A stretch of 64,000 bases of DNA from NCBI GenBank assembly GCA_013265495.1, contig MU057744.1, positions 2,617,370-2,681,369 on the forward strand. Reading direction: 5' to 3'. The position numbers and the translations under genes are program-made. Every line of letters starts with the position of its first letter. Position 1 is the first letter of the stretch. This stretch comes from Vicugna vicugna (lineage: Eukaryota). The notes under the pieces are model-generated. The model saw only the letters and a program-made list of their open reading frames with translations, made no database searches and was not told where the DNA came from. Of this stretch, positions 13,549-27,599 are shown piece after piece.

Positions 13549-14231
13549 GGATGACAGAATTCACTCCTTTGACCAACTCAGATGAACTGAAACCTTAAAA
13601 CTTCTACTCCTTAATTCTCAGATAAAAAATGCTGATCTATCTATATCATTTGTAAGGTTATCAAATCCATTTGGATAATTATAATCATTCTGTAGTGCAA
13701 GGTGACCCCATCTATTCAAATTAAGCATAAGCCTTTCCTACAACTATGCACTCCTAGGAATATATTGAAAAGAAACACAGACCCAGGCTAACAGAGGGGC
13801 ATCCATGAAATTGTCCATTTAAGTATGATTTGTATTGCTGGGAGTTGGATATAATTGGAATGCAGCTGGCAGCATATCAAAAGGGCTATTGAATCCAAAC
13901 AGACAAACAGGCAATGAAACTAATCAATAATAAAACAAAAACTTCTCATTTCTCATTCCGGAGATGAAAGATATCTATACACAACTGGTCTGTTTTCAGT
14001 GATCATCAAATAATCAGACCGCAAAACCAAATCCCAATCACTGTTGCCACTGATGGGGAGTAATAACTTGTCTGCCTTTAACAAACCAAAGGCAAAAACT
14101 AAACACAAAATCACTGTATCCTCCCACCATGGGGAATCATGTAATAGTCTGAAGCAATGTCATAATTGTACACATAGCAACGGGCAGAATTTTAAAAACG
14201 TAGTATCAGATGAAAACAAGTAATTGAGACA

Positions 14232-17212
14232 AAGCCATCAGTTAGAATAGAAGGAGAGATAAAGAATTTCTCAGACAAGCAAAATCTAAAAGAATACAAC
14301 AATACTAAACCTATTCTAAAAGAAAGATTGACGAGTCTTCCCTAAATAGAAAAGAAGTGGAAATCTATAGACAAGAGAAAATCACAATTGGAAATGTGGC
14401 ACCTAAAATGGACAGCAAAAGAATAAACATGAAAATGTAAAAGAGGACATCAAAATAATAAAATGTGGGAGAGGGGGCAAGAAAATGTAGATTTTTTTTC
14501 ATTCTTTTTAAGATGTGTTTGAGCCTATATGAATACCAGTCTAAAGCAAATAGATACAGTAATGGGTTAACATACTTGAAAAACAGTGTAACCACAAGTC
14601 AAAGGCAGAAAATAGAGTCACAAAAATCAAAAAAGAATAGAAATCAAACTAACACAAGAGAAAATGATCAAATCACAAAAGGAAAAACAAAAAGAAAAAG
14701 GAACAAAGAGGAAATTTAAAAATCAACTGGAAAACAAGGTTTTAAATGGGAATAAACACACATCTGTCAATCATTACTGTAAATGTCCATGGACTCAATA
14801 CTCCAATCAAAAGACATAGAGTGGCAGACTGGGTAATAAAACAAGAACCTGTAATATGCTGCCTCAAAGAGACCATTTTAGGGTGAAGGATACACATAGA
14901 TTGAAACTGAGAGGATAGAAAAAGATACTTTTATGCAAATGAAAATGACAAGAAAGTGGTGGTAACAATACTTACATCAGAGAAAATAGACTTTAAAGCA
15001 AAGGCCATAAAAAAAGATAAAGAAGGGACACTATGTACTGATTAAAGGAGCAATACAAGATGAGGATATTACACTCATTAACATATATGCCCCCAATATA
15101 GGAGCACCTAGATATGTAAAACAAATACTAACGGATATGAAGGGAGAAATTGATGGGAACTCAATAGTAGTAGGAGACTTTAACACCCAACTAACACCAC
15201 TGGACAGGTCGTCCAGACAGAAAATCAGTAAGGCAATGGAGATACTAAATGACACAATGGAACAGTTAGACTTAATATTTTCAAGATATTATGTATCCAT
15301 AAAACACAGAATAGACATTCTCTTCAAGTGCACATGGAAAATTCTCGAGGATAGACTACATACTCAGACACACACAAAAAAAAGCCTCAACAAATTTAAG
15401 AGGCTAGAAATTACTTCACATATTTTTTCCAACCATAGGAAATAAAAGATGATTGAAGAAACAAAGATAACCCTTGCTTTTGGATTGGAAGAATTAATAT
15501 TGTTAAGATGGCCATACTGCCTAAAGCAATCTACGGGTTTAATGTGATCCCTGACAAATTACTTGGGACATTTTTCAAACAACTAGAACAAACAGCCCTA
15601 AAATTTATATGAAATCACAGAAGACCCAGAATTGCCAAAGCAATACTGAAGAAAAAGAACAAAGCTGAAGGAATAACCCTCCCAGATTTCAGACAATACC
15701 ACAGAGCTACAGTAATCAAAACAGTGGTGTTGGCATAAAAACAGACATATCAGTGGAACAGAATAGAGGGCCTGGAAGTAAACCAAGACGCTTATGATCA
15801 ATTAACCTTCGACAAAGGAGGCAAGAATATACAATGGAGAAAAGACTGTCTCTTCAGCAAATGGTGCTGGGAAAGCTGGATGGCAGCATGTAAATCAGTG
15901 AAACTAGAACACTCCCTCACACTGCACAAAAATAAACTCAAAATGGCTTAGAGACTGAAACATAAGACAAGACACTATAAACCTCCTAGAAGAGAACATA
16001 GGCAAAACATTCCCTCATATAAATCATAATGTTCTCCTAGGGGTGTCTACCCAGGCAATAGAAATGAAAGCAAAAATAATTAAATGGGACCTAATTAAAG
16101 TTATAAACTTTTGCACAGCAAAGAGAACTATAAATAAAATGAATAAGCAACCTACGGAATGGGAGAAAATATTTGCAAATGATGCAACTGACAAGGGCTT
16201 AATTTCCAGAATATAAAAACAGCTCAAGCAATTCAATAACAAAAAAAAACAAACAAACAACCCAGTCCAAAAATGGGTAGAAAACCTACACAAACATTTC
16301 TCCAACAAAGATGTACAAATGGCCAATAAGCACATGAAAAAATGCTCAGTATTGCTGATTATCAGAGAAATGCAAATCAAAACTACAATGAGGTATCACC
16401 TCACACCATTCAGAATGGCCATCATCAAAAGTCCACAAACAATAAAATGCTGGAGAGGGTGTGGAGAAAAGGGAACCCTCTTACCCTGTTGGTGGGAATG
16501 TAGTTTGGTGCAGCCATTATGGAAAATAGTATGGAGATTCCTCAAAAAACTAAAAATAGTCTTACCCCATGATCCAGCAATCCCACTCCTAGGCATATAT
16601 CTGGAGGAAACTCTAATTCAGAAATACACATGCACCCCAGTATTCATAGCAGCACTATTTACGATAGAAAAGAAATGGAAGCAACCTAAATGTCCATTGA
16701 CAGATGACTGGATAAAGAAGATGTGAGGTGTATATATAGACACACACAAAATGGAATACTACTCAGCCATAAAGAAAGAATAAAATAATGCCATTTGCAG
16801 CAACATTGATGGACTTGGAGATCTTCATTCTAAGTGAAGTAAGCCAGAAAAGGAGAGACAAATGTCATATGATACCACTTATGTGTAGAATTTAAATAAA
16901 GAAAGGACATAAATGAACTTACTTACAAAACAAAAACAGACTCACAGATATAGAAAACAGACCTTTGGTTACCAGTGGGGAAAGAGGTGGGGAGGAATAA
17001 ATTGAGAGTCTGGGATTAGTAGATACAGACTACTATATACAAAATAGATAAACAGCAAGTTTCTACTGTATAGCACAGGGAACTATATTCAGTATCTTGT
17101 AATGGCCTATAATAAAAAATATGAAAAGGAATATATACGTATGTATAAATGAGTCACTATGCTGTATGCTAGAAATAAACACACTGCAAATCGCTGCACT
17201 TCAACTAAAAAG
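14232..17212 (+). mobile_element. LINE-1 with ORF1 C-terminus, ORF2 endonuclease, a large internal deletion of the RT region, ORF2 C-terminus and 3'UTR
   Basis: ORF 15137-15445 (IVVGDFNTQLTPLDRSSRQKI) = EN domain; at ~15440 it jumps to post-RT sequence (ttggattggaagaattaatattgttaagatggcc); ORF 16319-16726 = cysteine-rich C-terminal region; inserted into an older L1 3'UTR relic (~13730-14230, ~17215-17470). Confidence 0.92.
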
Positions 17213-17799
17213 GAATTAGACATATGACATGACATTTATGAAAATTAAAAACATATGTGTAAACATGAACACATATAAATGGAGAATACCAACATTTCAA
17301 ACATCAAAATGATTCTGTCAGAGGGAAGGAAGTGGAGAAGGAGACATGAACATTAGCACAAACAAAAAAAAGGGACAAGAGGGGAGCTTGGAACTGACCA
17401 AGGACGAGAGTGCACTGCAGACCGAGAGCATCACAGAGTCAGACCTATCCATCAGAGTTAAAAAAATAAACCATGTTATAAAGTCTTTCCCCAAAGTCTA
17501 AAAACAACTGTCTTATTTTTTCTGATAATTATAAAAATGATTGATGTTTTTTCAGTTGATACATTTGAACTTGACTGTACTAGAATACTATAAGATTATG
17601 ATTTTTCTTTTCCTTCCAGATAACTAAGTCTGTCATTTATTGACAAAACCTTATTTTTCCCCACCGACCTGTTATACGTTTGTTAGCATCTATTAAATTA
17701 CATGATATAGTCTATGAACTTGAGGCTGTTTTGCCTTGTATTGAATTGTTTTCCTCCTCTTTGTACTAGTGTTCCAGTGCTTAAACATTGTAACTTCAT

Positions 17800-18410
17800 C
17801 TGATTTTAGAAGTCCTCCCTGGAGATGCCCCATGGATTTACAGAACTGGATGAACTTCCTCACCAGAGAAGTGGGTAAGTCTCGTTGTGGTGACTCCAGA
17901 GTGGTGGTAGAACTTGGCTGATTGTTAAAAATTTTAGTTTCTCCTCTCCAGCAGTTTTGTGTTCTGCGTGTTGTGTTGTGCTTTTGGTTTATTAAAGGCA
18001 GATAAATTATTATTCCCCACTATTGGCCACAATGACTGGTAATTTGTTTTATGGTCTGATTATTTACTAATCACTGTAAATAAGCTAAAGATTTATTGAG
18101 ATCTTTTACCTTTTAGATGAGTAACTGTTCTGTTACTCTGATTTGTTTGATTGCCTATTTGTCTATTTGAGTTCAGATCAATCAAGAATTTTATGACCAC
18201 TGGGAAGAAGAAAAGTTCTTCAGTATCTAGACTGGTGAATTTTTGTGTTTCCGTATTTATTCTTTGCTAAAATTGGAGAATTGCAACTGTATGCGTCCTC
18301 TATATTTGTATGTCTGGTGTCTGTAATTTGAAATGGCATTTACCTTTTATTATGGTTCTGTGATGTTTTCTTACTTCTTGAAACTATTAATGATTTAGAT
18401 TAAAAAGACC
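17800..18410 (+). mobile_element. Possible ERV1 (MER4-group-like) internal leader fragment
   Basis: Strong donor GG|GTAAGT at 17875 followed by T-rich sequence ('agactggtgaatttttgtgttt...tgtatgtctggtgtctg') reminiscent of ERV1 internal non-coding regions; resemblance only. Confidence 0.3.
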
Positions 18411-19959
18411 CAGTGTGGGGAGATATGGATTCAGGCATAGGAGCTTTCCTCAGCCTGGGGATCTGATCCAAAGTTGGGGAGAGCATTTAGACTCGTGTAT
18501 AGCCTCTCCAGGCAGAAATGACTGAACATGGTGTGGTTAAACATGTGTAACAACATTTTTATGAGGCAGTGTAATGGTTGCATTCTCTCTGCTCTTTATA
18601 AGAACAATGTCACATATTTGGATAGAAATTTCTCAGATGAATTTTGCATGAATTCCATATTCAGTTTCTAACAATCATATCAAAGTTCTGTCTGGGGAAG
18701 TGGCACAGAGGTATCCACGGAGCATATCTGAGAATAACAGCTGACAGTCACAATTTATTGTTACTGTTACTAGGAGTAGTCCAAGATAAAAAGGACAGTA
18801 TCTTGGGAAGCTTGGACATTGTTTGGATGAATCAGGATTTGACCAGTGGTCACCTGAAACACCCAGAGCAAACATACACACACACAACCACACACTTGGA
18901 GCCCCGCACACCCAGAAGCATGTGCATAGACATCTGTCTGTGTTGTGTTTTACTGAGAGCTTGGAGCTGAGCAAGGACACTTACATGGCCCAAACAGAAA
19001 CGAGGTAAAATTGAACGTTAAACATCCCCCTTCTCTTCCCCTCCCTTTTAAGAGCTAGAAATAACAAATAATTTTTTTAAAATTCCCCTCATTTCCTAAA
19101 TCAGAAAAATCTGTTTCTAGCTCAGACCTCCAAAAGCAGCTCAGCGACTCCGTGGTCCTGACTTGTACAAAAGCTAGTGAAACTGCTCTGCTGTGTGTGT
19201 AGTGGGCCCTCCTCTCAGGACTGTACTTGCAACAAGGCTTTTCCAGCCAGATAAAGGCGCTGTTCCTCTAGTCACAAGCACGTTCCATCTCTCTGGACAA
19301 AAGGCGGTTATGGTCTGACTAACAAACCTCTTTTTTCTTAATCAACAGAGTTTGATATTTATATTTGTTTATCCTTTCCCCTCCCACTGTTTGGTTGCTA
19401 ATTGGTTTTTTTCCCCTATTTATTTTTAAATGGTCAGCGTATTTCAGAAGCGTTCCGTATAGCCGGTACATAGTTGGGTTTAGTTGTGTGAATTAATTTG
19501 AGCAACATCCCAGTGTATACTTACACTTTTCTTTTCTTTCTTTCTTGTTTACATTTTACATGTGTTACTTTTATGCGTTTGGTATATTTCAGCAACATTT
19601 TGCATAATCAGCATTTAGTTGGATGTGGTTAATGTGTGAGGAAATTTGAGTGCTAGCCCAATTTGATAAGGCTGTGGCCACCTTGTACCCACTGCCCCCA
19701 TTCTTGGATTTTAAGGGTAGCATTTTTCTGCATAAAGCAACACTCTCTGAGCTTTCTCTTTGATTGTAAGAAAAATGTGTAAGACACTTCAAATTCCATG
19801 ATGCAGCACTCCTGAAATCCTTCCAGTTTCCACTTGAGAACAGCTGACTTCACATCTGATGCAGTAGACCCTGGCCCTTCTATTTGTCACCTTTTCAATG
19901 AAAAGGAAAGGCAGGATACTGCGAACCTAGTGAGAAAGAAGGCAAGGTGTCCTGAAGTA

Positions 19960-20110
19960 GGGGCTTCATCTTCCAGCTTTCCATAGTCCCTCTACTGGAG
20001 GATTGATACAGTACCTACCTCATGAGTTTTTTGGTTAGTAATAAATGAGATAATATATGTAAAATTCTTGGCATACTGCCTGGCACATAATAAATAGGAA
20101 ATATGTGTAA
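19960..20110 (+). mobile_element. MIR SINE 3' half
   Basis: 'tacctacctcatgag...aaatgagataatatatgtaaa...ctgcctggcacataataaata' matches the MIR core/tail. Confidence 0.75.
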
Positions 20111-20354
20111 GTTACTACTTCCGTTATGACTGAAGATGAGGTTTGGCTGGTTTTAAGAAAGCCTTCCGTCCCGGGCTGGATGTTTGGAGCATCCTGAGTA
20201 GGTGGTGACTTCCTGGCTTGTACTTTTGGAACCAGCAGTGTGCAGGACAGGCTGCGTGAGGAGGTACCAGGCAGGAGGAGACTGCACATCCTTCGGGCAA
20301 GTCATGGTGACTGGCTCCTTCTCCTTTCAGCCTTGCAGATTCCCAAGTGAAAGG

Positions 20355-20580
20355 CAGCACTGCCCTGTGAAAGGGCAGGGTACTTCGGGGTTTACTTCCC
20401 AGTTTTGTCACTTACCATGTGTAGCTTTGGGGAAATAACTTAGACTCAGGCAGCCAAGCATCCTTATTTAAATGGGTAACAACAGTATGTGTCTCGCACG
20501 TTACTTTAGAATCCTGAAGGAGGCAGTGTGTGTGAGGCGCTTTCATAGCCGTAAGCGCTCTTCAGATGGTGATTATGGAA
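20355..20580 (+). mobile_element. MIR SINE
   Basis: 'cccagttttgtcacttaccatgtgtagctttgggg...tttaaatgggtaacaacagta...gtaagcgctc' follows the MIR architecture. Confidence 0.65.
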
Positions 20581-21073
20581 GCACAGGCTTTCAGGAATGT
20601 CAGGCTTAATGCTGTAAACAAAGCCAAATCAAAGTTCTCGGAAAAGTCTGGTAATAGGGCAAGAAATATCTTTTACACCCCTTGACTCCCCCCGTAGAAT
20701 GACTTCCTGGATGTTTATTTTCCTTCTTAAATAGATACTTCCCTTCTATCTAATTATGCAGCATTCTACAGTTTCATCAGCTAAGCAAAATCAGGCTGTC
20801 CTCGTTTGACTTAGAGTGCCAGAAATGACGGGCTGAACAGCTTAGAGCAGCACAAGCGGGAGCGCTAAGGCAGCTGCCTCAAGTTCAGCCTCAACCGTCC
20901 CGTGCAGACTGTCCACGTCGGCGTTCAGGAGCTGATTAACCCATGCATGGCGACAGCCTCACGGTTTGTGTTTCACAGCGTTTCCTTAGTTCTTGTTAGC
21001 ACGTGGTCTTCATAGCAACAGTGTAAGGTTGTAAACTAAATTTAAAGAATGGCTTTAAAACTGCCTTCAGCAC

Positions 21074-24000
21074 CCAGGAGCCTTGAGGCTCCAGAGCGGG
21101 GACACCTCAGGCCACACAGCTAGCTAGGTGGGGGCATCCCGGCCGTCAGCAGACAGGTGGCCTGAGGGGTCCTGACCTCAGAGCTGCCTCTGGGCACGCC
21201 CCTTGACCCAGCACTGCCCGCCAAACGGCCAAGACCCAGCTGCGTCCACCAGTGGCAGGGGCCTGCCCCTCCCACCAAGAAGCCTGCACAAGCCTCTCGA
21301 CCTGCCTCACCCGCAAGGGGGCGGACAGAAGCTAGAAGACTGGCCTCACAACCTGAGAAACAGATCTGCAGACGCAGGCCAGAGTCCACCCTGGGACAGC
21401 CGGCCACAGGCCCTTGGGTGTCAAGAGGACGCGCACTGCTGGGACACATAGGACGTCTCCTACAGAGGCCACTTCTCCAAGGCCGAGAAACATAGGTAGC
21501 CTACACATACGTGAAGATACAAATGGAAATGTAGACAGAAGGAAGCAACAGAGGGATCCCTTCCTGACAAGGAAACAGGCAAAACTCCAGAAGAAGAACT
21601 AAGTGATGTGGAGGTGGGTGCTCTGCCTGAGAAGAGGTTCAGAGTGACGATTGTAAGAATGAGCAAAGATCCCAGGAGAATGGGCGAACAGAATAAGAAG
21701 ACAGAAGTTGTTAGCAAAGAGATAGAGAAAATGTAGAACAGTAAAACAGACTTGAAGAACACAATTACTGGGATGCGTCATACACTAGAAGGAACCCAGG
21801 GTGCACTAAATGAGGCAGAAGAACGCTTCAGTGAGCTGGAAGACAGAGCAGTGGAAATCACTGCCACAGAACAGAAAAAAGGTAAAAGAATCAAAAGAAA
21901 TGAAGACAGTCTAAGAGACCCTGGGACAGTGTAAAGCACCCAGGCATCCACACTGCAGGGGTCCCAGAAGGAGAAGAGAGAGAAAGGGCCCGAGAAGATA
22001 CTTGAAGGGAGAAAGCTGTCAGCTTCCCTAACCTGGGGAAGGGAACAGCGACCGAAGTCCCGGGTGTGCAGAGGCCTGTACAGGATTAGCCCCCAGAGGA
22101 GCACACCAAGACATACGTCAGAAGTTAAAGACAAAGAGAGAATATTAAAAGAATCAAGGGAAAAACAGCAAATAACACAGAAAGGAACTCCCATACGGTT
22201 GTCAGCTGATTTTCCAGCAGATGCTCTGCAGGCCAGAAGGGAGCGGCACGATATACTTAGAATAATGAAAGGGAGAAAAACCTACAACCAAGAATACTAC
22301 CCAGCAAGGCTCTTCTTTGGATTTGATGGGGAAATGAAAAGCTTTTCAGACAAGCAGGAGCTAAATGAATTGAGCACACCAAACTGATTGTACAACAGGT
22401 GCTGAAGGAACTTCCCTAGGCAGAAAAGAAAAGGCCACAACTAGAAACAAGGAAAAACTTCAAAATGGAAACACTCCCTGGTAACTGTTCTCCCACAAAC
22501 TAGTAGGCGGAGTAAAAGACAATAGTAGTAAAATCATCTGTATCCACAATAAGCAGTTAAGAGATACACAAAACAGCTGCAAAGTGTAATGTCAAAAACA
22601 GGGATCTTGAGAAGAAGAAAGGACAAATGCAGGGTACTCAGAATACGTTTGGAAATAAGGAATCATATGGACATACAGAATGTTACAGCAGAACCTCATG
22701 GTAACCTCAAACCGAATGTCTGTAATAGCTACACAGACAAAAACGAAGAAGGAATCTAAACATAACACTAAAGAGAGTCAGTAAATCACAAGAAAAGGGA
22801 ACCAAAGAAGAAAAGGAAGCAAAAGCCCTGCTAAAACAAGCCCAAACGATTTACAGCATGGCAGTAAGAACACGTGTATTGGTAATCACCTCAATGTAAA
22901 GGACTAGATGCTCCAACTGAAAGATACAGACTGGCTGAATGGACACACAAACAAGACCCCTGTGTTAGCTGCCTACAGGAGACTCGCTTCAGGTCTAGGG
23001 GTGCACGCAGACTGAACGTGAGAGGACAGAAGAGGCATTCTGCACGAGTGGAAGTCGGAAGAAAGCAATACTTACATCAGACAAAACAGACTTCAGAATA
23101 AAACTTGTTACCACAAAGGAGGACACTACGTAGTGATCAAGGGGTCAATCCAAGAAGAAGATGTAACAGTTGTAAATGTGTATGCACCCAGCACAGGTGC
23201 ACATCAGTATACAAGGCATATGTTAACAGGCATAAAGGGAGAGGTTGAAAATGACACAATAACAGTGGGGACCTTAACACCCCACTTACATCAGTGGGCA
23301 GATCATCTAGACAGAGAATCAGTAAGGGAGCACAGACCTTAAATGACACATTAGACCAGATGGACCTGACTGATCCTCACAGAGCATCCCGTCCCAAACA
23401 GCAGAGTACAGATGCTTCTGAAGTGCCTGTGGAGTGTCCTCCCGGGTAGAGCATGTGCTGGCCCACAGAGCAAGCCTTGGTAAATCTAAGCAAACTGAAA
23501 TCTTACCGAGCATCCTTTCCAACCACAGCGCTGTGAGATTAGAAATCAACTACCAGAAGAAAAACTGCAGAAACTACAAACGTTTGGACACTAAACAATA
23601 TGCCACTGAACGACAAACAGATCACTGAGAAATGAAAGAGGAAATAAGGAAATACTTAGAGGCACATTTAAGAGAGAAGAAAAGGATCCAAAACCTCTGG
23701 GATGCAGCAGAAGCAGTACCAAGCCTCACAAGCCTGCCTCAGGAAGCAAGGAGAGTTTCACAGATGCAAGCAACCTCACTTACACCTCAAGCAGCCAGAG
23801 CAGGAAGAGCACACGGGGCCCAGAGTTAGTAGAAGTCATAAATAAAAAGGCCATAAATATTAGAGCAGAAATAAATAGAATAGAAACAAAAAGAGAGAAG
23901 AGAACAATGAAACTAAAAGCTGGTTCTTTGAAAAGATAAAACTGATAAATCTTCAGCAAGATTCATTCACACCTTTAGCACCTTTAGGAGGAAGAAGAGG

Positions 24001-26283
24001 GAGAGGACCCCAAACAACAAAATGACAAATGAGAGGAAGCCACAGCCGACACCATGAGGGGTCCCCACAGGCCAGGACAGCCTAGAGGAGACGGACAGTT
24101 ACTCAGAAAGGTGCAGTTTGCCAAGACTGACCCAGGAAGAAATAGGAAATACGGACAGACCAGTCACCAGCGTTGAAGTTCAATCAGTGATTAAAAAACC
24201 CCCAACAAACAAGTCCGGGACCAGTGGCTTCCCGGGGGAATTCTGCCAAACATTTGGAGAAGAGCTAACACCCATCCTTCTGAAACTGTTCCCAACAACT
24301 ACAGAGGAAGGAGCACTCCCAGACTCATCCTGTGAGGCCGCCATCACCCTGATGCCAAAACCAGATGAAGATACCACCCAAAAAAAGAAATTACAGGCCA
24401 GTATCACTTACGAATATAGATGCAAAAATCCACAACAAAATAGTAGCAAATGGACTCCAGCAGTGTATTAAAAGGATCACACACCCTGATCGAGTGGGTT
24501 TGTCCCAAGGATGCAGGGATGTTTCAAAATTTGCAAGTCAGCCAGTGAGATACACCACGTTAACATACTGAATAGTAAAAACCGTATGATCATCTGACTA
24601 GGTGCGGGAAAAGCTTGTGATAAAATTCAATATCCATTTCTGATGAAAAGCTCCAGAAAGTGGGCGTGGAGGGAATATACCTCAACAGAATATGAACAAT
24701 GAAACTACAGCTAACATTACATTCACCGGTGAGGAGCTAAAGGCATTTCCTCTAAGATGAGGGGTGCAACAAGGATGCACTCTTGCCACTTTGACTCAAC
24801 ATAGCTTTGGAAGTCCTGTCCACAGCAGTCAGAGAAGAGAAAGAAATAAAAGGAATCCAACTTGGAGGAGAGGAAGCAAAGCTGTCACTGCTTGCAGATG
24901 ACGTGATACCATACACAGAAAATCCCAAAGATGCTCCAGAAAACTACGGGAGCTCCTCAGCGAAGCTGGTAAAGTTGCAGGAGTTAACATGCAGAAATCA
25001 GGTGCGTTTCTGTACACGAACAACAAAATACCAGAAAAATAAATTAAGGAAATAATCTCATTTGCCATCACATCAGAAAGAATAAAACGCCTAGGAATTA
25101 ACCTACCTACGGAGGCCAAGGGTCTGTACTCTGAAGACTGAGACGTTGATGGATGAAGCTGAAGACAACACAGACAGATGGAAAGATACGTCGTGTTCTC
25201 AGGTGGGAAGAATCTATGCTGTTAAAATGGCCATGCTACCCAAAGCAATTTACAGATTTAGTGTAAACCCTAGCAAATTACCAATGACATTTTTCTCAGA
25301 ACTGGAGCAAAATAAGTTGTTAAAATTTGTATAGAAACACAAAAGCCAAAATAAATAGTCAAAACAATCTTACTGTACTGGCACAAAAAGAAGCACATAG
25401 ATCGATGGAACAGGACAGAAAGTCCAGAAACAAACGCGTGCACCTATGGTCAATTAATCTGTGACAAAGGAGGCAAGATTATACAATGGAGAAAAGACAG
25501 TCTCTTCAACAAGCGATGCTGGGAAAACTGGACAGCTACATGCAAAAGAATAAAATTAGAATATTCTCCAACACCATATACGGAACTAAACTCAAAATGG
25601 ATTAAAAACCTAAATACAAGACTGGATACTATAAAGCTCCTCAAGGAAGACACAGGCAGAGCCCTCCAACATAAATCACAGCAATAGTTTTCTCGACCCA
25701 GCTCCTAAGGTTATAGAGATAAAAGCAAAAATAAACAGACGGAATCTAATTAAACTTAAAGGCTTTTGCACAGCAGAGGAAACCATAAAGAAAACTAAGA
25801 CAGCCGATAGAATGGGAGAAGATACTTGCAAATGGTATGACTGATAAGGGACTAATTTTCAAAATACACAAACAGCTCATACAGCTTAACATCAAAAAGC
25901 AAATGACCCAATCAAAAATGGACAGAAGACCTACACAGACATCCCTCCAAAGAAGACGCCAGGTGGCTAACAGGCACGTGTAAAGATGCTCCGCGTCACT
26001 ATTGGAGAAATGTACATCAAAACTGCAATGAGGCATCACCTCACACCAGCCCGAATGGCCACCGTTAAAAAGTTTAATTTCTTTTAATAACATACAGTGG
26101 AGAAGAATCCAAGAAAAAATATATATGTAAGTATACATAGAACTGAATTGGTTTGCTGTACACCTGACACTAACAGTGTAAATCAACTAATTACACTTTA
26201 ATAAAAAAATTTAAAAATTAATTAAAAATTTGGCAAAATATCTATGATAATTAATAAATAAATAAGTAAATAAATAAATAAAT
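21074..26283 (+). mobile_element. Near-full-length inactive LINE-1 (partial 5'UTR, ORF1, ORF2 EN/RT, internal deletions, (AAAT)n tail)
   Basis: TSD aaaactgccttcagcac (21057-21073) / aaaattgccttcaacac (26284-26300) after ttt/aaaa; GC-rich 5'UTR; ORF1 pieces (GTPIRLSADF); ORF2 ATG at 22858; RT motifs [14 protein letters not shown] and [10 protein letters not shown] (degenerate FADD); many frameshifts. Confidence 0.95.
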
Positions 26284-27599
26284 AAAATTGCCTTCAACAC
26301 TGACTTAAAAATCTGCCAGTTTCCAAGCTTTGAGTGTAACTTGTATGATTTGGGAATAAGTCATCCCTTTGTTATGATAATATTTACTCTTTAAAATCAC
26401 TCTAACAATGTTTTTTAAATGTCAAAAAGGTCACTTTTCTGCTGCTTTTATATGTTCTTCAGAAAAAGCGTAGTGCACCCTCTCAGACCACTCTCAGGCT
26501 TACATTAAGGAACATTATCTTCTCTAAGCCCTGAAAGGTGTGATTTCTGATGATACAGTCAGAGGCATATATCTGAATACTTGAAGATCTGAGGTGCCCC
26601 ACTGTTTCCCCAGGATCTCAGGCCATTTTCTGAACATCACACTTTTCTTTGAAGGAAGGGTCGCTTGAGCTCTCCCTAAGGCCTCTTATCTAGGCCTGAC
26701 ATGTAAGAGTCATTTCAACTTAGCCAAGTTAATTTTCATTCGTCTGATGTCCGAGGGACTAACTCTCTGGCCTCGTTCTGTATCTCTCGGTATCGCTTTA
26801 GCTCCATGTCTCTGTATGCTCAGCGTGACTCCTCCAAGAACTGCAGGGGCCAGGCTGGCAGGCGGCCTTAGGAAGGGCCAGCTACCCTGCAGTGGGCCAG
26901 GGTGGCCCTGTTGCGAAAGCATGCTTCCTAGGGCTGCAGACAAGAACCAGTTGCATTATATGATCATTGTTTTAAAACCCAAATTCTTTTCTTGCATTCC
27001 TGTATCAGGCGCCCGCTACATTATTTTCCCTTAGTGAGGGTGAGCCCTAAGTTCCTAGCCCATAGTAAAAGTACCTCCTCTCCTTTGGGGTTTTCACAGG
27101 CTGCACATTGGTAGCAGATGTTCATGCTAGAGGGACAAACCTTGACGACTGAATGCAATCATCCTGCTCGTTCCGTATTCATGTGTGACATGACTCACCA
27201 GCAGGACTGTCAAGCCGCCTTTGTGAGAAGCCACAGCTGCTCTGCATTAAGCATCATTACTAAACAGCTTTTCTTTAAAGACAGGCAGAAAATAATTCCT
27301 TTGTCTTAGAACGTAGATGGCTCTTGAGGTCTAGAAGACTGAGTACTCCCCAGAGTACGGTGGATCCCTGTCAGAAGTCAGTGGTGCCCCACGGGAGGAC
27401 TGGGTGTCTTTGCCGTCACTGTTTTTCACAGAACGAGACCACGAGAAGAATCAAAGCTGGAACTTGAACAAGTTTACTTCCTTTTTCTGCACCGGGATGG
27501 GTTCCTTTTCCACCTTAGAATTAAGATAGTCCCTCTACCCAGATCTGTGAATGTCCCTCCACCCCCGTCCCTTTCCCAGAAGTGGCTTTAAGCCTTCAG

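Noticed and set aside
14365..26186. Many 60-146 aa ORFs with recognisable protein motifs
   Set aside because: All are frameshifted or antisense fragments of LINE-1 ORF1/ORF2; no intact ORF2 exists
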